A stretch of DNA of 64,000 bases from Nitrospirota bacterium (GCA_963710375.1 CAVPZX010000002.1:800001-864000), one strand, 5' to 3'; positions 30,891-41,582 are shown, numbered from the stretch's first letter. Numbers and translations: made by a program. The notes: generated by a model from the sequence alone, not told the origin.

Positions 30891-32102
30891 ATGCCTGAAT
30901 ATGAAGTAATCGTTATAGGGGCCGGCATCAGCGGATTGAGTTTTGCTCACTACTGCGGCAGGACAGGAATGAAAACTCTTGTCCTCGAAAAGGATGAACA
31001 TGTAGGCGGCACACTGCATTCCCATAGCTTTGAAGACACTGATGGGTTTTGGTTGGAACTGGGCGCACACACCTGTTACAATTCATATCGAAACTTGCTG
31101 GGGATTATAGAGAATTGCGGCATTCTCGACCAGTTGGTCCACCGTGAAAAAGTGCCCTTCAAAATGCTGGTTGACAGCCGGATAAAATCCATTCCGTCGG
31201 AGCTCAATTTTTTAGAGCTTCTACTTTCGGCGCACCGGTTTTTTACACTAAAGCCCGGCGGTCAAAGCGTTGAATCATACTATTCCAGGATCGTCGGCTG
31301 TTCAAACTTTGGGCGGGTTATAGGTCCTGCGATGGATGCAGTAATATCTCAAAAATCAAATGAGTTTCCTGCAGACATGTTATTTAAGAAACGCCTGCGC
31401 AGAAAAGACATCGTAAAGAAATTCACCTTGACAGGCGGTCTTGGGTCAATTGCCGACGCTTTAGCATTACAAAAGAATATCGAGATTGTTAAAGGAAAAG
31501 TGCGTGCGGTTACATCTAAAGGCCGTGGGTTCGAGATCACTACCGACAATGCGCTTTACTATGCGGACATTTTGGCAATGGCAACACCGGCATCTGTAAC
31601 AGCACGGCTATTGCAAGAATCCTTCCCAGGCGTATCGGCAAAATTGTCACAAATTAAGGTTGAAGCGGTCGAGTCAGTAGGAACAGCTCTCGATAACGGG
31701 ATAGTTTCTATCGCACCAGTTGCAGGACTGATTCCGTATTCCGACAGTTTCTACTCTGTTGTCACCAGAGATACTGTTCGTCATTGCAAGTATAGAGGCT
31801 TTACGTTCCATTTCAAACCCGGTCTTGTAAGCCTCGAAGGCAAACTCAAGCGCATTGCGGAGGTGCTTGGGGTAAAGCAGGAACAGCTTGCGCATGTTGT
31901 CGAAAAAGTGAATTTTGTCCCGTCTCTCAAAGTCGGCCACAACATATTGGTCAGCGCGATAGAAAAATCCATTGCAGGCAGCCGTCTCTTCCTGACAGGT
32001 AATTATTTCGACGGCATGGCAATAGAAGACTGCGTTACGCGATCACTTAAGGAATTCTCACGCCTGAAAGGCCATCTCTCTGCAGCCTCGCACGGAGGCT
32101 AA
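30891..32102 (+). CDS. Protoporphyrinogen/coproporphyrinogen oxidase-like FAD oxidoreductase (HemY-like)
   Basis: GAGISGL Rossmann motif, ELGAH, GNYFDG.AIEDCV; adjacent to hemH. Confidence 0.75.
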   Translation: MPEYEVIVIGAGISGLSFAHYCGRTGMKTLVLEKDEHVGGTLHSHSFEDTDGFWLELGAHTCYNSYRNLLGIIENCGILDQLVHREKVPFKMLVDSRIKSIPSELNFLELLLSAHRFFTLKPGGQSVESYYSRIVGCSNFGRVIGPAMDAVISQKSNEFPADMLFKKRLRRKDIVKKFTLTGGLGSIADALALQKNIEIVKGKVRAVTSKGRGFEITTDNALYYADILAMATPASVTARLLQESFPGVSAKLSQIKVEAVESVGTALDNGIVSIAPVAGLIPYSDSFYSVVTRDTVRHCKYRGFTFHFKPGLVSLEGKLKRIAEVLGVKQEQLAHVVEKVNFVPSLKVGHNILVSAIEKSIAGSRLFLTGNYFDGMAIEDCVTRSLKEFSRLKGHLSAASHGG

Positions 32103-32110
32103 CAGTTTCT

Positions 32111-32653
32111 TCAGAGACTGCTGGCTATGATCCGTTTAGTGCCATCAGCAATAAGGTGGCAATCTACCCGTATGGAATGGTCTTTTAAGTGGCCTTCCAT
32201 CTGTCGCTTAGCTGCATGGCAAATTTTTCTCAAAACATCAAATCGTTTTCCGTAATAAAGCCAGGGGAAAAGGTCATTGATGTCAGCGGTCTTAAACGGC
32301 TGGAGTTCCTGGGTACTGACTCCCGAATTTTTAAGAAGAATAAACGCATCACCTACATCAGGGCGCCTCAATTTCCATGAGGAAACTCTTAAAATGTTTT
32401 CCCATCCGAGAACTATGTGAATCCTTGAGGGGCCTGTTGCAGGGGCTGCATTAAATGTATTCATCATCTCGAGAATCGTATCAAACACATTATCCTGTTC
32501 TCCGGCAAGTATGTAAACTTCATCACTGAAATGAAAGATTTCCTTGTGCGCAAGTCGTGAACTTTCGCTGTCGCAAATAACCAGCTCGCGGCTCTCTTTA
32601 AGCTTTTCTATGGGACACAGAAGCGGCATATCGTTGTAACATGATTGTAACAT
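32111..32653 (-). CDS. Hypothetical protein
   Basis: 180-aa ORF filling the gap; no recognised motif. Confidence 0.5.
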   Translation of the reverse strand: MLQSCYNDMPLLCPIEKLKESRELVICDSESSRLAHKEIFHFSDEVYILAGEQDNVFDTILEMMNTFNAAPATGPSRIHIVLGWENILRVSSWKLRRPDVGDAFILLKNSGVSTQELQPFKTADINDLFPWLYYGKRFDVLRKICHAAKRQMEGHLKDHSIRVDCHLIADGTKRIIASSL

Positions 32654-32741
32654 TGGGGGGAGGTTCTATCTAATAAAATTAATTAATAAACTTATTATGT
32701 TAAACTTCAATAATCATTCTGTATTTATTGACAAGGATTCT

Positions 32742-33311
32742 ATGAAAAGAATACTGCCTTGCATTTTGGCGCTTATTGTTCTTGTGAGCTGCTCATCACC
32801 AAAGGAGATTGTTAAACAAGGTCCTGCGGTGCCCATGGAAGATTACAGGTCTATAGCAATTGCAAAATTTGTATCTCCTGACCCAGCTATCGGGCAAAGG
32901 GTAAGTGAGCGGCTCGCAGTAAAGTTCTATGAATCCGGCTTCTCGGTAACACGCTATGAAAAACTTAAAAAACTATCAGGCAGAAATGTTTTGACCTCTC
33001 CCGAACTGACACCCGATGACAAAGCCGTACTGGAGTCAAACAACATTGAAGCAGTGCTGTACGGGACAATTGACCGTTATGAGTGTCTGACTAAGAAAAA
33101 ATTGACATGGACCGGATATAAACCGGAAAAAGAAGATATAGAATCCTGCAGCGCTTCGCTTTCGATAAAGGTGGTTGATTCCGCCACGGGTGAAACAGTA
33201 TGGCATACCCAAGGAGCCGCTTCAGAAGAGAAGCCGGACATGACCGCGCGTATGGTTATGGAAAGGGTGCTTACCAGGATAGAAGATGAAGTCCCCAAAA
33301 TTAATCGATGA
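32742..33311 (+). CDS. Lipoprotein (CsgG/LpoB/DUF799-like fold)
   Basis: LVSC lipobox; SIAIAKF, VLYGTI, IKVVDSATGETVW. Confidence 0.65.
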   Translation: MKRILPCILALIVLVSCSSPKEIVKQGPAVPMEDYRSIAIAKFVSPDPAIGQRVSERLAVKFYESGFSVTRYEKLKKLSGRNVLTSPELTPDDKAVLESNNIEAVLYGTIDRYECLTKKKLTWTGYKPEKEDIESCSASLSIKVVDSATGETVWHTQGAASEEKPDMTARMVMERVLTRIEDEVPKINR

Positions 33312-33336
33312 ATGGGCTCGCGAGCCCAAAGGTCAA

Positions 33337-34140
33337 TTATTTATCTACTATCCCTCCAAAGACTGCCTGCACTTCCTTCAGCAGTTCCACCTGTATTGCC
33401 CTGTTTCCAGCAACAATATTTCCTGTTGACAGATAGTCATCGCCTCCACTAAAATCGGTGATGACACCTCCAGCCTCCTCGATAATAAGGCTTCCGGCAG
33501 CAATATCCCACGCGCTCAGGCCAAGCTCAAAAAAGCCCTCGCACCGACCAGCAGCAAGGTATGCCAGGTCTAGCGCGGCTGAACCAGCCCGCCTCAGGTC
33601 GCTTACCTTGAAGAGAACATTTTTGAACAGTTTCAGATACTGATCTATAAACTCCTTTCTTCTAAAAGGAAATCCTGTCGTAATAAGACTGTCCGGGCAG
33701 GCGGCAATGGTTGACACTATTATAGGCTGTTCGTTAAGGTAAGCGCCCTTGCCTTTTTCTGCGAAGAAAAGGTCTTTTCTAAGCGGGTCAAAAATTACAC
33801 CGGCAATTACTTCGCGGTGTAATTCCAGGGCAATTGAAACGCAAAAGACAGGATACTGGTGAATATAATTAGTTGTGCCGTCCAGGGGATCGATTATCCA
33901 TCGATAGCCCTCGCGCACTGTCTGTTTCACCGTCTCTTCTGCAAGTATATGGTGGTCCGGATACCGCTCCCTTATTATCCTGATAATGCAGGCTTCGGAC
34001 TCTTTATCCACGCGCGTCACAAAGTCGGATACCTGTTTGAGGCCTACATCGTCTTTAGTGAGCCTGCCGAGGTTGTCTGAAATAATCTGCCCTGCCGATA
34101 GTGCGGCAAAGACAGCTGTTTCCAAGAATGTTTCGGTCAT
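33337..34140 (-). CDS. suhB: Inositol monophosphatase family protein
   Basis: WIIDPLDGTTNY, RRAGSAALDL, WDIAAG. Confidence 0.92.
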   Translation of the reverse strand: MTETFLETAVFAALSAGQIISDNLGRLTKDDVGLKQVSDFVTRVDKESEACIIRIIRERYPDHHILAEETVKQTVREGYRWIIDPLDGTTNYIHQYPVFCVSIALELHREVIAGVIFDPLRKDLFFAEKGKGAYLNEQPIIVSTIAACPDSLITTGFPFRRKEFIDQYLKLFKNVLFKVSDLRRAGSAALDLAYLAAGRCEGFFELGLSAWDIAAGSLIIEEAGGVITDFSGGDDYLSTGNIVAGNRAIQVELLKEVQAVFGGIVDK

Positions 34141-35372
34141 TATTTCCGATTGAGCAGCGCAAGTGATTCGATATGATATGTTTGGGGAAAGAAATCGATC
34201 ATTCGAATGGATTCGATGTCATAGTGAACAGACAATTTTTTCAGGTCCCTCGCGAGCGTTGTAGGGTTACATGATATATAGGCAATCTTTTCAGGCAACG
34301 CCCTGAGAATGTTATCAATTGTTCTATCTGTCAGCCCGGGTCTAGGGGGATCGACAATAAGCGTATCGACATTATCGTTAATGCCGGCCGAATCCATGGA
34401 GGAATTGATGAAAGTACAATTTTTAATGTTGTTGATCTCTGCGTTTCTAATGCCATCAGCTACCGCGTCACTGCTCTCTTCTACCGCTACCACATAATCG
34501 GCGGCTGCGGCAAGTGGAAAAGAAAAATTGCCGGCGCCCGAGCAGATATCCATGACTCTTTTGCCCTTCAGTGGCTGAAGTATAGTTTTAAGGAATCCGA
34601 CAACTGCCTGATTCAACGACCAGTTGCTCTGGAAAAAGCTCAGTGGCGATACAGTGTAGCTCAGATTTTCGAGATCGAGCGTCAGGTATTGCATCCCCAG
34701 CCTGATTGCTTGCCTGTGCGGCATCTGGATAATAACTCCGGAAAAACCGCTGTCCAGAAAATCCCGGGAGAGTTTGCCATAATCCATATCGTCAGGATGC
34801 GAAGTTTTTAACAATGCAACAGCTCCGCCTCCAAAAGAAATATGTATTTCTCCGGCTGTCATATTACCCACAAGTGATCTCGCTTTTGCAAGGTATTGAT
34901 TGACTTCTTCCGACATCAGCGGACAGGCTTTGATATCGACAACTTCACGAGATTTCTCCTTATAAAAACCGGTCCTGCCGCGCGCTATTTTAAACTGTCC
35001 CCTGAGCCTGTAGTTCCAGGGGCTGGAACTCACAATCGATGGGGAAAGCTCCATTTCCGTCTTTGCTATGCGTTTGATGCAGTCCCTGAGAATTTCCTCT
35101 TTAAGCCGCACCTGCCGACTGTAGGCAATAAATTGAAGCTGGCACCCGCCGCACAAGCTGAAATAACCGCATTCCGGCACGCACCTGTCAGGAGAGGGGT
35201 TGGGGATTGAAACCGCCGTACCGAGACTGTAATCTTTCTTCTCCTCTTCGATCTTTACCTCAGCCGTTTCGCCGGGAATTGCGCCTTTTATCATTATAAC
35301 CTTCCCGTGCAGCTTGCTGATTGAACGGCCTCCGTAAGCGGGTATCTCAGCTTTGATTGTAATTAATGGCAT
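34140..35372 (-). CDS. rlmD: 23S rRNA (uracil-5)-methyltransferase, RlmD/TrmA family
   Basis: TRAM domain, CGGCQLQ Fe-S motif, SFFQ, VDPPRPG, YISCNP, DFFPQTYHIES. Confidence 0.88.
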   Translation of the reverse strand: MPLITIKAEIPAYGGRSISKLHGKVIMIKGAIPGETAEVKIEEEKKDYSLGTAVSIPNPSPDRCVPECGYFSLCGGCQLQFIAYSRQVRLKEEILRDCIKRIAKTEMELSPSIVSSSPWNYRLRGQFKIARGRTGFYKEKSREVVDIKACPLMSEEVNQYLAKARSLVGNMTAGEIHISFGGGAVALLKTSHPDDMDYGKLSRDFLDSGFSGVIIQMPHRQAIRLGMQYLTLDLENLSYTVSPLSFFQSNWSLNQAVVGFLKTILQPLKGKRVMDICSGAGNFSFPLAAAADYVVAVEESSDAVADGIRNAEINNIKNCTFINSSMDSAGINDNVDTLIVDPPRPGLTDRTIDNILRALPEKIAYISCNPTTLARDLKKLSVHYDIESIRMIDFFPQTYHIESLALLNRK

Positions 35373-35470
35373 CTGTTTATTCTACCATATTGGTTATCAG
35401 CAGCGGGCAGTGGTGCTTTCATCGCGTCGAAAAACAAGCCTTTCTCTTCCTATTCTTCCACTACAGATAC

Positions 35471-35499
35471 TTGACAAGATTCAACTAAGGTATTATTAT
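35471..35499 (+). promoter_or_regulatory. sigma70-type promoter of the dnaJ-hspR-clpB-hsp20 operon
   Basis: TTGACA-17 bp-TATTAT; overlaps a degenerate HAIR-like CTTGACA-N7-ACTAAG. Confidence 0.65.
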
Positions 35500-35520
35500 A
35501 TGGTTAAAGAGAGGTAAAAA

Positions 35521-36603
35521 ATGGCTACATCGGTGAAAGATTACTACAAAATACTGGGCGTTAATGAAAATGCCGCGCAGGATGACATCAAGAAGGCTTT
35601 CAGAAAGCTCGCCAGAAAGTACCATCCAGACCTGAATCCCGGAGACAAAACCTCTGAAGAAAAGTTTAAGGAACTTAATGAGGCCTATGCAGTGCTCGGC
35701 GACAAAGATAAGCGGGCGCAGTATGACAGTGCGGGGACGACGTATGAGCAGTTTGGCGGATCAGATGCATTCAGGGGGTATGGCGGCGGTGAAGCGTTCG
35801 ATTTCAGTGATATCTTTGGTGATATCTTTGCGTCACGGACCGAGGGTCTGTCCCGTAATGCGAGAGGGTCTGACCTACTGGCAGGCATTGAACTTACTCT
35901 TGAGGAGGCCTTCAACGGACTGACGAGACCGCTTACCTTAAAGCGGACAATCCATTGCGATAAATGCGGTGGAAGCGGGGCCGAGGCTTCCCAGACCTGT
36001 CCTGCATGTAAAGGGACCGGCCATATTCAAACAGCAAAAGGCTATTTCAAAATGGCCCAGGTCTGTCCTGAATGCAAGGGTACCGGGAAAAAAATTATCT
36101 CTGTATGTAAAAAATGCGCCGGAAGAGGAGATATCCTTAATACAGAAAACTTAAATGTAAAAATACCTGCAGGAGTTGATAACGGGTCGGTTGTCAAATT
36201 AAAAGGCATGGGCAATGCCGGTACAGGCAAAGGGCCCGCGGGAGACCTTCTTCTGGAAATAACTGTCAGGCCACACCCGGTATTCACAAGGAAAGGAAAT
36301 GACATTTACCTGCAGCTGCCGGTAACCTTTGGAGAAGCGGCACTCGGCGCAAAAGTGGAAGTCCCGACTATTGACGGGGTCTCGATCATGAAGCTGCCGC
36401 CTGGAACGCAGGGTTCCCAGAAATTCAAACTTTCAGGAAAGGGCTTCATTCATCACAATACTAAAGCGAGGGGCGATGAATATGTTGAGATTAAAATCGT
36501 GGTGCCTGTCGACATCCCTGAAAAGGCACGAGAGGCGATACATGTTATAGACTCTTTATATAAGAAAGATCCCAGGAAGGGAATGGTGCATCATGCGGAT
36601 TAA
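35521..36603 (+). CDS. dnaJ: Chaperone DnaJ
   Basis: HPD J-domain, four CxxCxGxG repeats, C-terminal domain. Confidence 0.93.
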   Translation: MATSVKDYYKILGVNENAAQDDIKKAFRKLARKYHPDLNPGDKTSEEKFKELNEAYAVLGDKDKRAQYDSAGTTYEQFGGSDAFRGYGGGEAFDFSDIFGDIFASRTEGLSRNARGSDLLAGIELTLEEAFNGLTRPLTLKRTIHCDKCGGSGAEASQTCPACKGTGHIQTAKGYFKMAQVCPECKGTGKKIISVCKKCAGRGDILNTENLNVKIPAGVDNGSVVKLKGMGNAGTGKGPAGDLLLEITVRPHPVFTRKGNDIYLQLPVTFGEAALGAKVEVPTIDGVSIMKLPPGTQGSQKFKLSGKGFIHHNTKARGDEYVEIKIVVPVDIPEKAREAIHVIDSLYKKDPRKGMVHHAD

Positions 36604-36949
36604 CAAGAGGCAGGACAAAAGCAGCCCTGTATACATGATAAGCGTCGTATCGAGAATACTCGAAGTCCATCCGCAGACACTTCGCATGTACGAGCGGGAA
36701 GGATTTGTGAGTCCTCATCGGATAAACCGCCAGCGGCTCTATTCGGAAGAGGACATTGAGCGGCTCGATTTGGTAATAAACCTCATCAAAGAACTCGGGG
36801 TCAATAAGGCTGGAGTAGATATTATCCTCCGTATGCGCAAGCGCCTTAAAGCGCTGCATGCTGAAATGATGGAAATGATGCAATTTTTAGACGACGACGT
36901 GAAAGAGGAGTTTGAAAGCCATATTCACAATATATTGAGTGAAGAGTAG
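36593..36949 (+). CDS. hspR: MerR-family heat-shock repressor HspR
   Basis: YMISVVS...VHPQTLRMYEREG...RLYS...LGVN.AGV. Confidence 0.88.
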   Translation: MRINKRQDKSSPVYMISVVSRILEVHPQTLRMYEREGFVSPHRINRQRLYSEEDIERLDLVINLIKELGVNKAGVDIILRMRKRLKALHAEMMEMMQFLDDDVKEEFESHIHNILSEE

Positions 36950-36964
36950 GCAGGAGGAATAGTT

Positions 36965-39612
36965 ATGAGATTAGATAAATTAACGGTCAAAAGCCAGGAA
37001 GCTATGCAGGAAGCGCAGGGCATTGCTGAAAGAAACGGCAATCAGCAGCTCGATGTAGAACATCTGCTCTTAGCGCTCCTCGTTGATGAAGAAGGCATTG
37101 CGCTTCAAATACTCAGAAGGCTCGGAGCCGATATTGCTGAGATAAGGAAAGAGACTGAAAAAGAGATAGAGCGTTTTCCAAAGGTATCCGGAGCTGCCCC
37201 TATGGGCCAGCTATACATCGCACCACGCTTGAAAACCGTACTTGAGAAGGCGTATGAAGAGGCAACCCATCTGACAGATGAGTTTATCAGTGTCGAGCAC
37301 CTGCTGCTGGCCATCGCCAACACCTACGGTCCTGCATCTGAGATCCTCAAACGGAGCAGCGCTCCACCCGATGCAATCCTTACCGCTATGCGCGAGATCC
37401 GCGGTGTCCATCGGGTTACGGACCCAAATCCGGAAGAGAAATACCAGGCCCTTGCCAGGTACGGCAAGGACCTCACCGATCTTGCGCGAAAAGGGAAGCT
37501 CGATCCTGTTATCGGAAGAGACGAAGAAATACGCAGGATTATCCAGGTGCTCTCGAGAAGAACAAAAAACAATCCTGTGCTCATCGGAGATCCGGGCGTA
37601 GGGAAAACAGCAATCGCTGAAGGACTTGCCCAGAGAATTGTTGCCGGGGATGTGCCTGAAACACTGAAAGACAAGCGCCTGATAACCCTAGATATAGCAA
37701 GTCTCGTTGCAGGCTCAAAATTCCGCGGCGAATTTGAAGAGCGCCTCAAAGCTGTATTAAAAGAGATCGAGCAGTCGGAAGGCAAGGTCATAACCTTTAT
37801 CGACGAACTCCATACCCTGGTCGGCGCGGGCGCGGCCGAGGGGTCGGTTGATGCATCCAACATGCTCAAACCTGCTCTTTCCCGGGGTGAGTTGCGCTGT
37901 GTCGGGGCAACAACCGTAAATGAATACAGGAAGTATATAGAAAAAGATCCTGCATTAGAGCGGAGGTTCCAGCCTGTTTATGTTAAAGAGCCTTCTGTCG
38001 AAGATACTATTTCGATTCTCAGGGGACTAAAGGATAAATATGAGGTCCACCACGGAGTAAAGATAAAAGATTCCGCCCTTGTCGCAGCAGCGGTCCTTTC
38101 TCACAGATATATAACCGACAGGTTCCTTCCTGACAAGGCCATAGACCTGATCGATGAATCTGCCTCAAAGTTGAGAATGGAAATAGACAGCATGCCGACC
38201 GAACTTGACGAAATCGAAAGAAAATTGAGGCAGCTCGAGATCGAGAAACGGGCTGTAATGCGCGACGACGGCTCTCAGGACGCGAGGGAGAAGCTCGAAA
38301 AACTGTCAAGGGAAATGGCTGAACTTCAATCAAAACGGGACGTGCTCAGAGCGCAGTGGTTGAGCGAAAAAGAAGCAATTCAGAAGATCAGGGACCTTAA
38401 AGAGCAGCTCGAAACAACAAAAATCGAATCAGAGAGGGCCGAGCGTGAGGGAGACCTTGCCAAGGCTGCCGAGTTGAAGTACGGCAAGCTCCTGCAACTG
38501 CAGAAACTCCTTGAAGAGGACAACCTTAAGCTTCGCGAGACCCAGTCAAGGAGAAAGATGCTGAAGGAAGAGGTCGATGAAGAAGACATCGCTGAAGTAG
38601 TTTCGAAATGGTCCGGGGTGCCGGTGTCGAGAATGCTCGAAAGCGAAGTCCAGAAGTTGATCAAAATGGATGATAATCTCAGGAAAAGGGTCGTAGGCCA
38701 GGATGAGGCAATCGCCGCAGTATCCAATGCCATCAGAAGGGCGCGTGCCGGCATCCAGGACCCGAACAGGCCTATTGGATCATTCCTGTTCCTCGGCCCT
38801 ACAGGTGTAGGCAAAACCGAACTGGCAAAGGCGCTTGCCGAATTTCTCTTTGATGATGAAGCAGCGGTCATACGGATAGATATGTCCGAATATCAGGAGC
38901 GCCACACTACCTCACGGCTGATTGGAGCGCCTCCCGGCTATGTTGGCTACGAGGAAGGCGGGCAACTGACCGAAGCGGTGCGGAGAAGGCCGTATTCGGT
39001 GATATTATTTGACGAGGTTGAAAAGGCGCACCCTGAAGTATTCAACCTCCTCCTGCACTCCTCGATGACGGCAGGCTGACTGATGGGCATGGAAGAACAG
39101 TGGACTTCAGAAACGCCGTTGTCATTATGACATCCAACATAGGTAGTACACACATACAGGAGATACTCGAGGAGAGGGCCCGGAGGCCTGTGGCGCGCTG
39201 GTACGACGAAAACAGGCAGGACCTGCGGGACAAGATAATGAGCGACCTGAAATCCTTCTTCAGGCCTGAGTTCCTTAACAGGGTCGATGATATCATAATC
39301 TTCAACCCGCTCAATGAGGAGTTGCTGAAGAGCATTGTAGAAATTCAGGTTGCGAGGATGAAAAAGTATCTGCTGGAGAAGAAGTTAGATATAGTGCTCA
39401 CCGATGCGGCGAAAAAACATATCGCTCATGTGGGATACGACCCTGTTTTCGGCGCCCGTCCGCTCAAACGGGCCATACAGAATGAAATCCTCAACCCGCT
39501 CGCACTTAAAATACTTGACAGGACATTTAAAGAAGGCAGTGTGGTTGAAGTGGACTACGATGGGGGGAATATTGTATTTAGAAGCCTGGCAGTAGACAAA
39601 GTTAAATGTTAA
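36965..39612 (+). CDS. clpB: ATP-dependent chaperone ClpB, split by one missing base at about 39057
   Basis: Two AAA modules and M-domain; adding one base restores [22 protein letters not shown] and joins ORF 39100-39612. Confidence 0.95.
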
Positions 39613-39644
39613 CAGCTGAATGCTTGAACGTTAAGGAGGGTGTC

Positions 39645-40103
39645 ATGTCGGTGATCAACTGGGGGTCAGTTAAAGAACTCGAAGAAATGAGGAGGGACAT
39701 GGACCGGCTTTTTGATGAAATCTTTTCTCCCCTGCAGAGAAGACGGAGAACATGGGGCGAAAAGCCTCAGGCAGGGCCCATTGTTCCGAATGTTGAGATC
39801 TATGACAGAAAAAACGAGATCGTGTTCAGGGCCGAGCTCCCTGGAGTGAAGAAAGAGGATATTGATCTTTCTATTTCAAAAGACTCTCTCACCCTGAAAG
39901 GAGAGATCAAAAAAGAAGAAGAGGTTGGGACTGTATACTACGTCAGTGAAATAAGCTACGGCAGCTTTGCCAGGACCGTCGCGCTGCCGGTCGAGGTCGA
40001 AAGCGAAAAGGCAAAAGCCACATTCAAAGATGGACTCCTTGAACTCATTCTTCCAAAGCAGGAGGAGGCAAAGCCGAAAGAAATAAAAATTGAAGTGTTT
40101 TAG
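39645..40103 (+). CDS. Hsp20/alpha-crystallin small heat-shock protein
   Basis: AELPGVKKEDI, YGSFARTVALP, ATFKDGLLEL; SD AAGGAGG before ATG 39645. Confidence 0.92.
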   Translation: MSVINWGSVKELEEMRRDMDRLFDEIFSPLQRRRRTWGEKPQAGPIVPNVEIYDRKNEIVFRAELPGVKKEDIDLSISKDSLTLKGEIKKEEEVGTVYYVSEISYGSFARTVALPVEVESEKAKATFKDGLLELILPKQEEAKPKEIKIEVF

Positions 40104-40293
40104 GGCTCGCAAATAAACAACTTGTGCATTCAGGCGCTCAGCTTTGGGTCAGATTTGGCTGATCCGACTGAGCAAAACCGCAGGCGTAGCATAGCTACGT
40201 TCCGCACTCGGGCGGGATTTTGCGACTGAGGATCAGGCAAAGATGGCCTGAATCTGAGATGCATCAATGTGCAAGTTATTTATTCGCGAGCCC
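40103..40293. mobile_element. 191-bp palindromic MITE-like element
   Basis: Imperfect terminal inverted repeats GGGCTCGCAAATAAACAACTTG / CAAGTTATTTATTCGCGAGCCC, flanked by TTA on both sides; internal arms also pair. Confidence 0.75.
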
Positions 40294-40341
40294 TTAGTAA
40301 TTGACAACCCAACAATCGTTTTGTTATAAAAGAAGTTCTAT

Positions 40342-40417
40342 TCCCGGGTAGCTCAGCTGGCAGAGCAGGTGGCTGTTAACCACCCTGTCGGGGGTTCGAA
40401 TCCCTCCCCGGGAGCCA
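40342..40417 (+). tRNA. tRNA-Asn (GTT)
   Basis: Acceptor TCCCGGG/CCCGGGA, anticodon arm GGTGG-CTGTTAA-CCACC, GGTTCGAATCC, encoded CCA; TTGACA (40301) and TATAAA (40325) promoter boxes. Confidence 0.97.
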
Positions 40418-40450
40418 GCCGTTACTCTCAGCAAAACCATTTGCTGTTTG

Positions 40451-40522
40451 TGTCGCGGAACCATAGTTTGAGACGAAATCTCATACTATGGTTCTTTTGC
40501 ACTCTGTCTCAAACTATGGTTC
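40451..40522 (+). repeat. Tn7-like transposon end with three 17-bp TnsB-binding-type repeats
   Basis: TGTCGCG followed by GAACCATAGTTTGAGAC (40458-40474); inverted copies at 40478-40494 (2 mismatches) and 40506-40522 (exact). Confidence 0.8.
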
Positions 40523-41054
40523 GGATTATTTTAAATAATAATCTGTATGGCCGTTATCTGGCTGTATACGCCCACCATTGTAGGCGATATCTGAAAGTGA
40601 CCTAATAATTATACGGCCCAAGCCCACTCTAAATTAGTCGCATGTTCCGATTCGCCCCGAAACATGCACAGTGAAGTTCTTCCTCGACACCAGCTGCAAT
40701 TTCCTGAACCTCTCTTTTCCCCTTTGAACTGCGCAAAATTGCGAGGACTCAGTCGGCGGGCAGTACTCCCTACAATCGTTATTTCGTAAGATAGCAGTTT
40801 TTATAAAGCTTTCAACCCGCAATTAATAAAACACTGCCCTTTTTTGTGAAGAATACCCTGTGCTGCACGTAAAAATCGAAACGAGGCTCCGCAGCCCCGG
40901 AACAGCCGATATCCGTTTCAGACGTACATCCATCGGTGTACTGTTGTATGGCGGTAATATTCACTGGAATGTGTTCACTGAAACTTGTATGAGAAAGTGG
41001 TATCTGCTAATATTTGAATCAATAACACATTAAATTTTAAAGGAGACCTTATGT

Positions 41055-41582
41055 ATGCGTGCAAATAAGAGTAGCTTGATCAAAGCGGTTTTGGCCTGTC
41101 TGCTTCTCTTATCATTTGTATCTGTTGTCCATGCCGCTGGAAGTAAGCGATTCACTCTAAAAGGTGGCGTTATTTATGACTCATCAACCGGGCTCCAATG
41201 GGCACCCGCCCCTAACGACGCAGGATATGTCATGCCGAACCAAAGGAAGGCCGCGAATAAAAGCCTGATGAGGAAAATGAATTATCATCAGGCAGATGAA
41301 TATGCCCGGAATTTAAACCTTGCCGGAGGCGGATGGCGTCTGCCGACAATAGAGGAACTAAAGAGCTTGTATGACACAACCAAACCCGGTAATGTGGATC
41401 CTGTTTTTAATATTATTAAAAATTGGGCATGGACATCAGAGTCGCGTGGTACTGGTACGATGGACGCGTGGGCCTTCTGTTTCGACGGTAGCGGATGCGG
41501 TGGCGACGGTACCGGCGGTCATGGCGTCAACATTTACCGCGCCGGCATCTTTCCAGTTCTGGCAGTGCGGTCCCGAAAGTGA
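41055..41582 (+). CDS. Secreted DUF1566 (Lcl C-terminal) domain protein
   Basis: Signal peptide; D..TGLQW, GWRLPTIEELKSL, WAWTS, VLAVR. Confidence 0.8.
   Translation: MRANKSSLIKAVLACLLLLSFVSVVHAAGSKRFTLKGGVIYDSSTGLQWAPAPNDAGYVMPNQRKAANKSLMRKMNYHQADEYARNLNLAGGGWRLPTIEELKSLYDTTKPGNVDPVFNIIKNWAWTSESRGTGTMDAWAFCFDGSGCGGDGTGGHGVNIYRAGIFPVLAVRSRK

Noticed and set aside
40342..40450. Integrase-type island with att duplication of the tRNA 3' end
   Set aside because: No tyrosine or large serine integrase and no duplicated tRNA 3' end seen; the Tn7-type end explains the junction
40451..40522. Repeats after the tRNA as a mini CRISPR array (CAST)
   Set aside because: Repeats are 17 bp, in mixed orientation, with 3- and 11-bp gaps; no cas genes in the window. 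Cas genes beyond 64,000 cannot be excluded
40369..40605. 78-aa ORF in the track
   Set aside because: Overlaps the tRNA and the transposon end; spurious
40620..40960. Possible riboswitch or ncRNA upstream of the DUF1566 gene (hairpin GCATGTT...AACATGC)
   Set aside because: Could not match c-di-GMP or other riboswitch consensus by eye; an Rfam/Infernal scan would decide
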